NCBI GenBank assembly: GCA_003971905.1
Contig: RSEE01000003.1
Coordinates: 1,054,001-1,118,000 of the forward strand
Length of the DNA: 64,000 bases
Direction of reading: 5' to 3'
Origin: Moniliella sp. 'wahieum'
Lineage: Eukaryota
How positions within the stretch are numbered: the first letter of the stretch is position 1; each line of letters opens with the position of its first letter. Below the pieces are notes generated by a model, which saw only the letters and a list, made by a program, of their open reading frames with translations, had not been told where the DNA came from and ran no database searches. Shown here piece by piece: positions 12,308 through 25,800 of this stretch. Position numbers and translations under genes: made by a program.

Positions 12308-13960
12308 TCAACTAGGATTGTATGTTGGGGCCATCTTTCCGCACGCTGGGTTCGGAAGTTGAGCAATGTACTGAGCCACGGACTGGTTTTTGCCAATGGG
12401 CGGGATCACCCCCAATGCAGCTTGTTGAAGGAAAGAGAACTGCATTTGGTTCAACGGCGGCTCCGCTTGGACCATGGAGGTGGAATTCATCACTTTGAAT
12501 GACCAGAAGAAGGAACCTGCTCCCGCAGAGTATGCGGCTGCTTGGGTAGCATAGTATTGCTTGTTCCACGCCGTGTCCGTCGGACCGGAAACGACACAAT
12601 ATTCCGTCTTGACCATCGGAACGGGGAAGCCATCGTAATCAGAAACTTTTTTGCATACCCGCTGATTGATCTCCGTCACGTTGGTCACGGCAGGGTACCA
12701 GGCTGGGTATGGATTGTCATTGATCACGAGCATGGACCCATTCTTCCCTGTTGCAAAGGGTTTCCAGTACGTCGCCGGATTGGAGGCAAAGCCGTGATGG
12801 AAGAACATGCTGTATCCTGCTTTTTGGAGCGTTTGGTACGACCGCTCATAGAATGCCTCAGTCACGTTCAAGTGAGCTGGCGAAGTATTGGAGACACCGT
12901 TGGGCTCATTGACGGGGAGATGGCACTGACAACGGATTTGTAAGGGTTGTAGGAAAGCCAATCGATGAGGGCAGCCAATGTCTGGTCTGAACGGTTTTGG
13001 TTTTCCTGAGTCCACCACGTAGGTGATGTTGTGTTGAGTCCTGAGGATTGGTCCCCCGACTGTTGATGAAGAGATGAAAGTGTTAGGGATATACTATACC
13101 CATAGTGCCATGGAATATAGCGGGAAATGACTTACCTGGGAACCAGGCATACCGTGAAGGTCAATGATGGCGTACATGCGCCTCTTCCAGAGCCAACCAA
13201 GCATGCGGGTGAGGTAGTGCAGTTGGGTTGAGTTGCTGTAGGGCTCGCCCGCTGCGAGAGGAATAAACGGCCAAAACCAATCGGAATCCGGAGCTGGTTA
13301 ATCCCATGCTGGAACATTGTTTCCACTTCGGCCTCAGAGACCCACTGATCGTAATGCTCGCTCAGTACCTGGGACGCATTGGAGCCGACCGTCTGGGTAA
13401 AGTGCCACTCATCCCAGTCGGAGGGAGCATACTGCGTGAACCAGTTTTCGTCGATCCACCGTTCGAGGATAAGCCACCCCCAAGTGATACACCCATGACC
13501 TTTTGCGTATTGTCTGCCCAATTCCAAAACGGCAGGGCAGTAATATGATTGGGGTCGTTACCGCTACTGTCGAGTGGTGCTTTGTCGCCGCCTCCACTTA
13601 CATGGGAGTGCTTATTGTTGCTGAGACCAACACCTAGGCCAACACCGAGGGCTACACCAACGGCAACTAGGACACCGGCCAGTGTCCCCGCTAGCTTTTT
13701 GTGAGCTGCCAGCCAGGACTGAGGCTTTTGACTGGGCCCACCTGGAAGGGAATAGGGATGCTGGGCGCATATGCCATGGAAGTGGGAGTTTCCGATTTGG
13801 GCCCGCCCGTGAGTGCGATTTTGCTGGAGTTGGGACCAAAATCAACCGAGTCGGAGCCCCCCCAGCCAACAGCACTGGGCACACTGCTGGTCCCGGTACC
13901 GGGGCGAGGCATGAGGCGTATCGAGTTGGGCGCCGGGGAGCGGTCGTACGATGTCTCCAT
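12308..13960 (-). CDS. Glycoside hydrolase family 5 (exo-1,3-beta-glucanase-like), probably N-terminally membrane anchored
   Basis: GVSLGGWLILERWI, GINQLRIPIGF and IIDLHGMPGSQ. Acid/base motif VNEP, probable nucleophile in KTEYC, and GSFFWSFK. A hydrophobic VAVGVALGVGLGVGL segment precedes the catalytic domain. Intron donor GTAAGT at ~13134. Start approximate. Confidence 0.85.
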
Positions 13961-14926
13961 CCTCCAAAGCGTCACTTGAGATGTAAGGTGGAGGGTGGTA
14001 TAAAGGAGGGAGAGAGCAGAAAGCGGCGATTGGCTTGTATCAAGTGTGTACCATCGCTATGAGCGCGTAACTTCGCTCTCGAAAGTGGCTTTCGCTTTAG
14101 CCGACGAGCCGGTGGGCCCCTATAGCACATGCGATCTGTCCTGTTCTACTCTGCTCTCGTGGATGGCTCGGAGCGAAATGGTCCGTCAGAGGCGATGTGC
14201 CATTGCACTAGGAGCAATCGCCAGATGCCCCAATGCAACTGGGCCAGCTACTACCTACTGCAAATCCTGAGAGTGCCCGGGGCATCGCCGCCGCTCATGC
14301 ACCGCCGGTATGCACCGTCAGCAGAAGGCAACAGTGCAGAAGCGCCACACATTGCTGTCAGAACTCGCTTCCTGTTGAGGCCAGGCGATCGTGCCTGTCG
14401 GCATGCCAACAAGACAGCCTGTGTCCCAGCCAGGCGTCAGCATGACTCACAGATCCGTCTGTGGAGCGAGGGAAGGCGAAAGAGGCACCTGAGGGCTGCT
14501 CTCGTTGCGGGGCGCCTGGGCGGGTATGTATCTGATGGGCGTCAGCAGCGGCCAGTCGCGAGCAAGAGCGTCCCGGTGTCCCTCCCGCCTTGGGGCCTGC
14601 CAAGCTGGAGCGGAGAGGAGCGGAGGCAGAGAGACTGGGGTGCTGCCCCATGCTACGATTTTCCTGTCGATTGCATCACACATACATCATGCGTCACCCT
14701 TGCAGCAGATGCTATTTGGCCGCGCTTGCAAACCACGGCCGCGATTCTGTCGCGCTCGACCCCCCGCTGGCTCAAGTCGCTCGCCTGTTGCTCCATCTCG
14801 CGCAACCCTTTAGCTGCTAGCACACACTCACGCGCGATATAGGGCTCGGACCCGACATCAGCAAAACACACTGGCGCCTGCGAGGCACAGCAGCAAGGAA
14901 AAGGCTATCAAGGTCATCGGTTGCAT

Positions 14927-16549
14927 TTAGTTCTCCCGCACCACCAGCCCCGCACGGTGCACGGCAAGCTCCTTGCCAATCAGGTGCGATGTGCGCTCTA
15001 CCAGACCCAGCAAACTGCCCAGGTCCGACGTCCAGTCGTTGAGAATGTCCACCTGCTGCTTGGGAGGCTCAAAGGACACCACTCCGTTTGGCCGGTCGAT
15101 CCGAGCAAACAGCATCTTGCTCGCCACCAGGTCTGCCAACGCCTCTTCCGCCTTGGCTTGCTCCAAGTCCAGCAGCTGGCCCAGCCGAGAGAGCGTAATG
15201 CGCGTGTAGTACTTGCTAACCACGCGGATGTTGTGCTCGACCACCCGCTTGTGCAGGATTTCCCACCGCGCCGTCCCATCGGCTCCAGGGCCAAACACCG
15301 GCGAGACTCGGAGGATAGGGCTGTACAGCTCCTCGATCCCCGGCCAGCGCATGAGCTCGGGGGTGGTAAAGCACTTGAGCAGGTTTCTGCGTCCAAAAAT
15401 TGTCAGTCAACGTTCCTCTCTAATGGTCGACAAGGCAAGGGTGACATACCGGTGCTCAGGACCTTGTCCAAGTCATCCCCCGCTTCCACACGAGCCATCA
15501 GATCACTTTGCTCATTGTCATACTGCGACAGGACGAGATAGACGACGATGTTGCGCAGAGCTTCGGCGGCAGCAGTAGGGTCATCCTTGACTGACGGGGT
15601 GTTGTAGATTTCGCGGTAGTACTTGCACACATCCAGATACTTCTTTTCGTGCACGGCATAGAGCACCATTTGCTGGTAGTAGTCCAGCTTCAGATCCTGC
15701 TGGTCCTTGTCGTCAAAGAAACGGATGTTGATCTTCCGCGAAACAATGTTCATACGCGTAAAGTCGCTGCGCTCGTAGTTCAGCCGCATCTGCTCCAGAA
15801 TAAACTCCACCTTCTCCCCGTTCCATGGAGCCAAACGTCTCGACCGCCACCTCCTGCAACGTGTCAGCGGCCTGGTTGATCTCTCCTTTGGCCCGCAGAA
15901 TATCGACGAGCATCTTGGTCACCCGTGCCCGCTCCACCTCGACAAGATTTTCCCTTCGGTGATCGTTCGCAGCGTTTCGACCAATTTGAGACGATTGTCC
16001 GCATCCAGATGCGCATCCCCAATCTGTTTACCTTCGTTCATCAGTTCAGTGATCTTGGGGTGCTCTTGGCCTTGCCGATCAATCTCTTCTTCCCGAGTCA
16101 CAGGCAGTCCTGTCTTCTTTGGCTTCGTCTCCTCGTCTGCGTCCGCTTTGTCAGCGGGAGACTCCTCCTTGGGCTCCTCGACCATTTTGACATCCTCCAC
16201 CTGCTGCTCCGACGCTGGCTTGAGAAAGGCCATGGCGAGTTGGACCATGCGGGCGATAGCAGATTTGAGTTGGCCATGCTTCTTGCTCAAGGACACAGCC
16301 GTTTCACACAGCAGCTCCCAATCCGTGTTGCTCGGCGAGGGCGTCTCCCGGATCAAGAGGAGCGAAAGAAGAAGCAAGCGGGTGGTGCTGGTCAGTCCGC
16401 CGCATTGCGCGCCTGCTTCTCCAAGGCACCAATCTGCTCCAGTGCGCTGTTCAGACGACCAGCCTTGGCCTCAGAGCGCACGTTAGGGTGAGAGCATCGA
16501 CCTCCTTGGAGAAGTCGGCTTCTTGTTTGCGCTGGACAGCATCAGACAT
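14927..16549 (-). CDS. RPN5: 26S proteasome lid subunit Rpn5 (PSMD12)
   Basis: MSDAVQRKQEADFSKEVD, LSKKHGQLKSAI, TITEGKI, VETFGSME, KVEFILEQMRL, RVVEHNIRVVSKYY, ARIDRP and HLIGKE (PCI domain). Introns near 16345-16400 and 15387-15450. Confidence 0.95.
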
Positions 16550-16820
16550 GGCAAGGGATGGAGGCGGTTGGTAGTCAAGCAGGCCCGCAGGCCTCCTCCG
16601 TCCAATGGTCTACTGGGCAAGTCAACGCGTAACCCCTCGGGCGGAAATATGCCTTTTCCGCCATCCTTGCGAGTGAAAGTTTAACATCTTCGACCATCGT
16701 TGTTCATTTGCATCACTCAACTCTCCGCAACTCAATCGCACCTGGTTTCAAAAATTTGAAACCCAACAGGTGCCCAGGAACATATCAGGTGCGTAACTCG
16801 ACAGGACAGTGGCTGGGGGA

Positions 16821-16869
16821 GGCGTAGCCAAAAGAGGAATGGGCAGGCGTAGCCAAAGAGGAATGGGCA
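16821..16869. repeat. 24/25-nt direct tandem duplication
   Basis: GGCGTAGCCAAA(A)GAGGAATGGGCA x2. The copies differ by one A in the homopolymer. Confidence 0.9.
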
Positions 16870-16939
16870 GCATTGCTCCGTTTCTCATGGTCCCACCTCC
16901 TCGACCCAGCAAAGGGAGAAGCTGCGTGAACTGCAAGTG

Positions 16940-18465
16940 GTTCAATTCAATATCCAGCTCAAACTGGTACGCTTTCGACTTTTCACCATGTGGCAGGTGT
17001 CCTGAAGGCAAGGATTTGTCAGGTGTATAGAGACGATCGACAACATGAAAAGCAACATACCTGGAGATACCTGGCCTGGGAGGGTATCGGGGGGGTCGCT
17101 TCCGTCACCAATGCGCGAGAGGTGGTGGTGGTGAGCCAAAGAAGAAGGTAAGTGGATGTCAGGTTTCAATCAGGCGCATGGGGGAGGGTATGCCCATAGC
17201 ACGTACCGTTCGCCTGCTGCGGTAGACGGAAGGAACCAAATGTATCTGGGTGAGCAGGGAGGGGTTCTTCCTGAAACCAAGGATGGCGTAGAGCCTCTTC
17301 AGCAGTCAAACGTTGAGCAGGATCGTAGGTAAGCAATCCTTTGAGTAAACTCAGACCTTTGTCTGATAAGAGGGTAGATCGGAACTTTGTTCGTAACTGG
17401 TTCCCCATAGTCGCAGGTTGTGGGGCGATCCGGCTCGCATGGGCCAATCGTGTAAAACCAGGCCAGGTAGATGGGGTTGGGGTCCAAGCAACCGAAATAT
17501 TCGACTGGTTTGGTCCGTCGCGTTGGATCCCGCAAACAATGGTTCCCGCAGCAACAGTTACCCAATACGCATCCTACGCTCCAAAGGTCAAGAGAAGTAT
17601 CATATTCTCGTGCACCAAGTAGGAGCTCTGGAGCTCGGTACCAAAGCGAAACGACATTGAGCGTCATCCATTTGGCGGTGGTGGGTCAGAAAATTGTCGT
17701 GCAAGGCCAAAGTCAGCCAATTTAATCTGCCCTTGGTTGGACAGGAGAATGTTGGAGGTTTTGATATCGCGATGAATAAGCCAGTTGTAATGCACAGCGG
17801 CAAGGCGGACAAGAGCTGCTGCATCATCGTCTTGATTTCCGATACTAGGAAAGGCGTGCGCATCCGGCGCAACAGGGTGTATAGATCATGCTCGACGAAT
17901 TCCATGACGAGGTAAATTTGGGACACGCCGCTCCCCTACAACCACCTCACGGATCTGGACAATGTTGGGATGGAGGGACTCGGTCAAGGCATGAATCTCG
18001 CGTAGGCTCGTAATGGGGAAGCCATTCCCATCATTCTCGTCCAACTTGATCTTCTTCAGCGCCACTATCTCCCGTGTCTTGCGGTTCCGGGCACGGAAGA
18101 CAACACCATAGGAACCCTCTTGAATCTTGTTAAGCTGCTGGTACCGGTTCACGCTCAGGCATCCGGCAATAACTGGGTGGGCCGTTCGGGCGGGCAACCC
18201 TGCCGAGGGCGGCGCACTTGGAGCAGGACTGGAACAAGAGGGCAACTGATGACCCTGATTCGATGGCTCGATAGGGCGAATGAGCTGGGAGGATCGGGCA
18301 CCAGGCAAAGGTGAGACGGCGCGCCGCTTTCGGTGTGGTCGCGGGGACGCGGGACGGGGGGGAGTGAGGAAGAGAGGCATCCCAATGGGACGATGATAAC
18401 GCTTCCGGGGCCTGAGAAGAAATGGAGGCGGCAGATGATCCATCGGCATCGGCTCCAGCGTCCAT
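16940..18465 (-). CDS. Cyclin-dependent kinase of the CDK11/PITSLRE class
   Basis: [60 protein letters not shown] and [17 protein letters not shown]. Start and end approximate. Confidence 0.9.
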
Positions 18466-18645
18466 CCTGCGACGGAGCGGTAAGGTGATTGAGCGATGCG
18501 CAAGGTAGGATGGGCGTGGTGGCACTGAGATTTTTCGGGATGAGATGGAGCTGCTGGCAAGCGAAATGGCGGGAAAGACTCGGGCGGGAGTTGTATCTTT
18601 TTGCATGTTTCAAAAGGGGAGGCGGCCAGCTGCCGCGGCCTGAGA

Positions 18646-18890
18646 TCAACGTTCAACTTGAACCTTGAACGTTCAACGTTCGACTGAGATCTGAGAGCGA
18701 GCAATATCAGCATCGGCATAAAAACGTACGATGGCAGTGTACGTAAGCACAACCATTGAACGTTGGTTAATGACGTTAAACGTTACGCGTTAAACGTTAA
18801 TGGTTGAACGTTGCACGTTCAATGAATTGGACGTTGTTGAACGTTGAACGCTGCACGTTCAATGAATTGGACGTTGTTGAACGCTGCACT
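18646..18890. repeat. AACGTT/TGAACGT-rich repeat patch with a ~40-nt tandem duplication
   Basis: Many TGAACGT/ACGTTCA units. TGCACGTTCAATGAATTGGACGTTGTTGAACG occurs at 18812 and 18852. Confidence 0.85.
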
Positions 18891-19078
18891 CAAATGATGA
18901 CCGAGGAGCGAGCCAGCATTCCGCGGACACTTGCTTGGTAACCCCAACCAGTCTCCGCGGCACCACGCCGCATTCCAGTGCGTCTGCCGCGAACCGTGAA
19001 GCTTTAAGGCTCTCCCATTCGGTTCCTCTTGTTTCGCCGCCATTGCCGTCGCCCCTTCCGCCGCCACCCGCCCTCCAC

Positions 19079-22000
19079 ATGGCAGATGGCGCCGCGGTAG
19101 CTATGCCCAGTGCCATCCCTCGGCGCGACCCGCGCCCCATGCCCCTCCCGCCGCTCCCGCCCGGGCACACACGCGCCCCGCCCCCGTGGCCTTCGTGAGC
19201 AGCTTGATCCATTCCATTGGCCTGTTCCTCCTCAGGGTCATTCCTGGGATTTCCTCGGCCATGATGGATGAGCCCACCAGCTCCAAGGACCGGGACCAGG
19301 GGCCGTGGCACTGCTTCCGTGTCTACTTTGTACGCTGGCTGATTGGTGTCGTTATCTTTACCGGCAACATATCCCAGCTACTTGCTGCCCTCATCGCCCC
19401 CGTCTCGACGCTACTCGTCATCCCAGCCCTCTCCCAGCCATGGTTTCGCCTCCGCCATGGCACTCACTCGGAAGTACCCGACACTGCCGTCAATTTGGTC
19501 CTGTCAGCGATTAACCTGTTCACCAACACCCTTGCCAACGCGTTTCTTCTCGTCCGTTTTTCTGTCATTGATCGCCACATTTGGAAGATCGCCATCCGCA
19601 TCTCCCTCTTCTTGTGGATAGTGAATCTGGGCTTTGCGCTTGCCAACTTAGCCGTCTTCTCCAGTGGATCCTACCGCAATAGGGACAAGTACGAGTTCAT
19701 GGAAGGGTATGCTTATTCATTCCCCTTTTGCCTCCTTTCATTGCAAACTAATCATCCCTCACCAGATTCTGGTGGCAGTATTCTCCTGCATCGCTGCAGG
19801 GGCCGTGACGCTCCTACTTCTTTTTCATTATACGGTTCGCTTTGGACTGATGGCATATCAAATTCGCCAAGAAGCGGTTCGTGTTAGCGAAGCGGCTGCC
19901 GCCAACGGTGCCGAACCACATGCTCATGCAAATTCATTCGCACCAGGCACCACTCATGACCCTCAGGTCAATCCCGGAACACATCATACCCATTATATAC
20001 GGCTGCACCACAAGCGCCTCATCCAGCGACAAGCGATGGAAAAATGGGAGCTCCAACAGCGTGAGCGGGATACCCGTCTGTCGACCGAGGGCGGACCTTC
20101 CTTGTCTCTCAGGCGGCCTTGTTTTTTCGCTGGGGATATTTGGCTTCATGTTCAGTCGCCTCGAGCATTGGACTTTCTATAATGGCGTTTACTTTTTTCT
20201 CGCCGCCACGCTCACAGTTGGGTATGGCAACCCGGATCCGACCCAAACAGCGTCCAAAGTACTGCTCTTACCAGCCGTCCTCATTTCGACCATGTTACTG
20301 TACAACCAAATCGGTACTATTGTTGGTGTTCTCGACCGGTTGCGCAGCAATCGGAAATGAAGTGGCGACAAGCGTTTGAGCTGCGAGTTGAGAGGGACCA
20401 AGACAAAATCATTCACAAGATCATGGGGCTTCCGTTCCAGAGCTGCCGGAACCGACACCACCAGCCCCTGATTTGCATTTCTTTCGCTGGTGCCAATCCT
20501 TGTATGATCACTGGAGTCATCATAGCGACGACCCGATCCAAGCGGAAAAGTCGATCTCCTCGTCCCAACCCACCTCTTCTGGAGAACCTGGGCGTGGCAC
20601 GAATTCTGGGCTAACCATGGGGCGAACCCTGTCCATTTCCATCCCGCTTTGCCAGATGAGTGGCCACCAAGCCCACGGGAGGAGGAGTTGATGCAGCGCG
20701 AGATTCGCCATCTCAACGCTCTTACTGACCGAGAAAACGCCGAACTGGCTTCAACTGACTTGGCGTTCAGCGTTATGCTCATGGCTTCCTTTCTCGTCAT
20801 TGGTGCTGGTATCTTTCATACAACTGAGAATTGGTCGTTTGGGAATGCGCTTTACTTTCGTACATCTCCGTTTTGACCCTTGGCTTTGGCGACTTTGCTC
20901 CCAACTCGGCGGCCGGGAGGGTGGTTTGGTTCATCTATGCGCTAACAGCCGTCCCGATTGTCACCTCGTTTGTTGTCCAGACTGTGGCCAATCTGGTGCA
21001 TTCTGCTGCACAACGGTTTTCGGCCGCTCAGCATTTGAAAGTGGTCCAAGTCATGCGCCAAGCAAACGGCTTGCCCCCCCCCCCGCTCCAGTCGCTAGCC
21101 AGGGCACCCTCCTTAACCGTTTTCACCATCAACTCAACCACGAGTTTGAGCGCTTGTTCGGTGAGCGTGATTTCACAGTGGAACATGACCCGGACTATGA
21201 AGAAGATGATTCCCCTCCTGATGATCCCGGCCCTGACCAAGACCCGCCACCTCGTCCTCAGTCAGAGAAGCCCGATGGACTCCCTGAGTTGGACGACGTC
21301 GTGCCAAATTATGAGACCAATCATCCTGTCCACACCACTCATGTTTCGTCGGGTTCCACGGTATCCGATTCAGGCACCCTTGATGGGGAACCTTCGCGCC
21401 CGCCCCACTCTAAACGCAAGGATTGGGGCTTCCAAGCATTCCCTCCCCCATAGTTCCTCCTCCCAGCGACCTTCCACATCTCCCCCTCCGCCTAGCGCAC
21501 CCGCGACGACCGGTCCCGGGCAGCTGGAGTTCGACTCGCTGGAACGGTTGATCTATTCCCAGCACATGCTGTTGGATGACATGGTGGATACATTGTATGC
21601 CATGGACGGTATGGTGCGCAACATCCTTGCGCACCCTTCCCCATGGCGGGGAGGCTTGGACCGTGCTCCGAGCCGACATGATCCTCTATCGCCGTACGAT
21701 CAATATTTGGACCAAGTAGCAAAGCGCGTGCATGAGGGCAAATTCACCGAGGTCCCCAAACCTGTTCCTGAAAAGCGAGAGTATGCGTCGCCATCCAACC
21801 AGGCGCTGAATGAGATTTCAGACCCTTCGGCTGGTCTATTTACACCGGAAGTGGTGTCTAACCCGGCCAAAGCGGCGGGGGTTGCCGTCTCACGATACGG
21901 CTCGCAGGCAGAGTCCAAGTTGGCTCAGATTCGCAATCGGATGGCGCTCCTGATTCCTGCGCACGTTGCGACCGAAGGCGAACCGACGATGGGCCATATC

Positions 22001-22117
22001 CACCGCTTCCGCGAGGCGACGGCCCGCTTGGCTGTGTTTGGCGAGGAACTGGACCGAGTGACCGAGGCTGAGGCCACTCTCCGCCGAGGCGAGGGCACGC
22101 ATGTCTTTCTCCCGTAG
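19079..22117 (+). CDS. TOK1: Tandem-pore outward-rectifying potassium channel (TOK1-like)
   Basis: Several N-terminal TM helices and two pore loops, TLTVGYGN (~20210) and LTLGFGDF (~20875), each preceded by an ExW(T/S)F motif. The C-terminus may extend past 22117 through a frameshift. Confidence 0.85.
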
Positions 22118-22895
22118 TCAGAACCAAGATGCCGAGGCAGTAGGACGCCATGCCACACCTGCGCCCGGAGTGGCCACAAGCCAAGAATTGCCCCCTGATC
22201 TTGTGCTGCGCGAGCAGGAGAACATGCATCACACTTACCATGAAATCCGCCGGCGCCATACTTCTTTCACCGGCACCGATCCCCTGCTTTTCCCACGGCG
22301 CGCACTCTATGGGATTTGTTGGAACATCCTCTCGAGCCATCGCCTGCCTCCCCGTAATAGGGGGGGGGTAGATGGCACCGCCGCTCTCCGAGACGTCGAC
22401 TCAGTGCTAGAATGGTTGGTACTGACCTCTCTAGCTTTGATGGCGAACCTTTTATTTATCCTTGCGCCACCTCTTTGTTCAGTCTATGTTCCCTTTGCAT
22501 CTGTTGGACGCTACCAGCGATCTACACGTCTCCATGGTCTATCATTCTTGTTGCATGTGCCACCGTCTTGTCTATATCGCGTTTACTTCACTGTTAGGTA
22601 GTATGACCGACAGATATCATATGTGTTTTTGTCGCCCGTATCCGATTCCTGCTGAGAAAGGGCAAACATGTGAGCTAATGAGTCCTAGCGCCGGCGTCAT
22701 GACGCACGCGCCATGTATGCCAGCACATGTGCAAATCCATTGACATAATCGACATAATCCACGTTCCCGGCAGCGACAATGTTCGGCAGTCCGTCTACAG
22801 TGTCCAACGACAATCAATGAATGACATCCACCATTCCGACTCTGGCTCTAACTGTAAAATGTAGCAGTAAGGATAAGGGTTTTCGGAGCAAAAGC

Positions 22896-25800
22896 TCAGA
22901 TGGACAAGGGAACGGACACGAAAGAGTCATTCGCTGCAGGTGCCTCAAGCCTCGAGCTTGACCCGACGAAGCTCAAACACGCCCACCGTGTAGCCTGAGC
23001 GAGCCGTACGATGACCGCCGTGCTGCTCCGCGTTCCGTACGCCCTGAGCGCGTGCCGGCGACCATCGTGACCAATCGCATGGACCCCGAGACCATCAGCC
23101 TCGGACGAAGCGTAATGAACCAAGGTAGGCTCGGCGCTCGCGCCGCCTCCCTCGGTCGTGGTGCCGCCTTGCCCCCCCGCTGGGCGCCAAGGCCAAAGGC
23201 GTCTTTTCCAGCGTCCACTCTTGCCTCGTGCGGATCTCTGGAGGAGGGGGAGGCACTCCAGGTCGTGGTTTGGGCTTGGGGGTGTACATTGGCTCCTTGC
23301 CCGCTTGGGTCAGTTGGAAATCACTGAGGGTGCGGTCAAACAGCCCGTGTTGGACCGTCATAACGAGAGCCCGGCCCCCAGGACGAAGGGTACCCAGGAG
23401 CGAGGGCAACAGGTCCTTGTAAAACTTTCGCAACTGGGATGCACTCATCGTCTTTTGGCCCATGGCAGTTCCGTTAGCACCGCATCCGCCCCTTCGTCTG
23501 TGTCCTCGGCCAAGCCAAGCCACGAGCGGAGGGTCGCGTCGTCGGTTGCATCCACCACCTTGGTTGCAATCGGATCTGAACCTCGTCCCTCCCCAGCACG
23601 TAAGAGCAGATCCGAGGCCATGGTTACCGCATGGGGATCCACGTCGCTAGCGTACACGCGCGCAGGAGTTTTGGTCGCTCTCAAAGCCTCGCGCAGCTCG
23701 GCTGGAATCCGGCCCCAGCCCACGCAAGGCTCGAGTATTTTGGACGGCTGCTCAACCGGAAGGCAGACCAGCGAGGAGAGTGTGTAAGCACGATCCGGCC
23801 GGAGAAGGGTTCCTCCGCCAAAGGTATCGGGCGGCAAGGTGGGACGGCCAGGAGTGTTGGAGGGGTAAGGCAACTGAATCGTAGCGAATATGGTCCCAGG
23901 GGGAGGATCTGCGGATGCAGTCTCATCAATTGGCTCGGCAGCTAAGCGGCGAAGCTCGTCAGCTTGGTCAGACGTCCACTGTTCCGGCATTTGGAGCCAA
24001 GAAGGGACAAGGCGAAGAGCAACCGTCATCTGTGCGGTGCGCAGGTTGACGGGCCAGGTCACTTCAGGGTCGCTTGGCGCAAGCGAACCATTGAGCCAAG
24101 TCCACACTGTCTCTCCCAGAAAAGGCTCTACCTCGGCCGGTTTGAGCGAGGGAAGCATATACCCCCCACGGTCGAAGGATACCTTGAAAGAAGTGCCCTG
24201 ACCTGCCATGGCCTTGGGCTTGCTCGTCTCCACCTTCTGTCCATCCCGAGCAAGACGGGCGTCGTTCCAGATCTCCAACGCATCATCTCTTCCCTCGGCT
24301 TCCGCGCTGTTCCACACGTCCCGCATCTTCTGAAGAAGAGCACCCTCAGATACCGGCAGACCTTTGAGGTCCTCCTCAATGGACTCGACTTGCGCTGGGT
24401 CGAGCAGAGATGGGCGGTCTTGTACGTTCACGTCGTGCACGCCACCGACAATTTCCATTAGGGTAGGCGTTGCCTTCTGTTTCGTTGCAGGGTTTTTGCG
24501 CTTGCCACCACTGGCCCCCGTCTTTCCCAAAGCATGACGCTCCGTCAAGAGAGCGCGGGCCATCACGCGCGGAAGCTCCGCTTGGTGCAGGACGAGATGG
24601 GCTTGGTCCGCACTGCGTAGCTCCGTCCAGCCAGGCACAAGGAGGAGGGTGGCCGCCTCTCCCCCCGATACTAAGACCTGGCCCGAATGCAGGAACGCTA
24701 CCGTGTCCCACCGTTGTGGCGGGGGAAGACCGGGGTCAGCCTCGTATTTGGTTCGGTAGGCCTGCAGGACACGCCGGACATCCACTTCGGCCACGTCTTC
24801 CAGCCCTTCAAACACCCCTAGAGCCAGATCCATAGAACAAGGGATAAGTTCAGGGCGGCTAGGAGAATCATTCTCAAGTTGGAGGAGCGGACGGGCCACG
24901 AGCCGAGTCCAGCCGGGTCCCGTTCGGAGTTGGCTTAAACCCCAATTTCCTCCCTTTGGGTACCCGTAATGCCCTCAGCGGCAAGAGGATCCAGGTAAGT
25001 GCGCATCATCTCGTCCCGCTGGTCGGACGGGGTAGCGGTGTCCTTGGTAGGTTGGCCAGCGATATGGCGTTGTGGGGCAGGGACTTGTTCGTCATCGGGG
25101 ACTTGGAAAAATACAGAGTGGTCTTCCCCCTTTTGAGCAGCGGCTTGCCTAGTTTCCCTTGCGCGAAGGATCTGGTCGTACCAGTCGTCCTCGGCCCACC
25201 AGGGGAACGAATCTTCAAAGGACCATTGATCCGTTTCGTACTTGAATGCATGGAGGAAGATAAACAGACTCTCGGGATCTGGGTCCGGCAAAAGGGGTAC
25301 TTTGCACTCTGGACACAGGCCTTTGAGCTCGTCATTCTTAACCCGATCCATAAACCGGTTGTCCGACATGTGGAACCCAAGTTGGGCAAGAATCTCTTCC
25401 TCGTCTCTGTGGCATCACTCGGGATGGCCGACATGGCATTGACTCCAGGCAGATGAGCAGGGACTTCGTGTCCGTTCTCCTGCAGTAACCGACCAAAGAT
25501 CACCTCATCTTTCCACCGCGCCCAATCCTCCGTTCCATCGCGCTGCTTCTTGACTGCAGCAATCACCGCATCCACCGCCGCTGAGCCGGTCGAACCCGTC
25601 CCACCCGCCTGCAGTGCCAAGGAAGGGTCCACATTTTCCCCCCCATCTTTTGAGCCGGCTGTTCGGCCCAGATCGCGTGCCCATAGACAGGGTCATTAGC
25701 AATGGGGTGCCCGAGAAATGGCAATGAACACGGATCTGGGTGTGCGCCCCGTGACGGGTTGGCAGCGCACAACACTCGTATCCGTAGAGGCGTGGTACGA

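Noticed and set aside
18812..18883. 32-nt direct repeat as a CRISPR-like array
   Set aside because: Only two copies with an ~8-nt gap, in a eukaryotic context with no cas genes.
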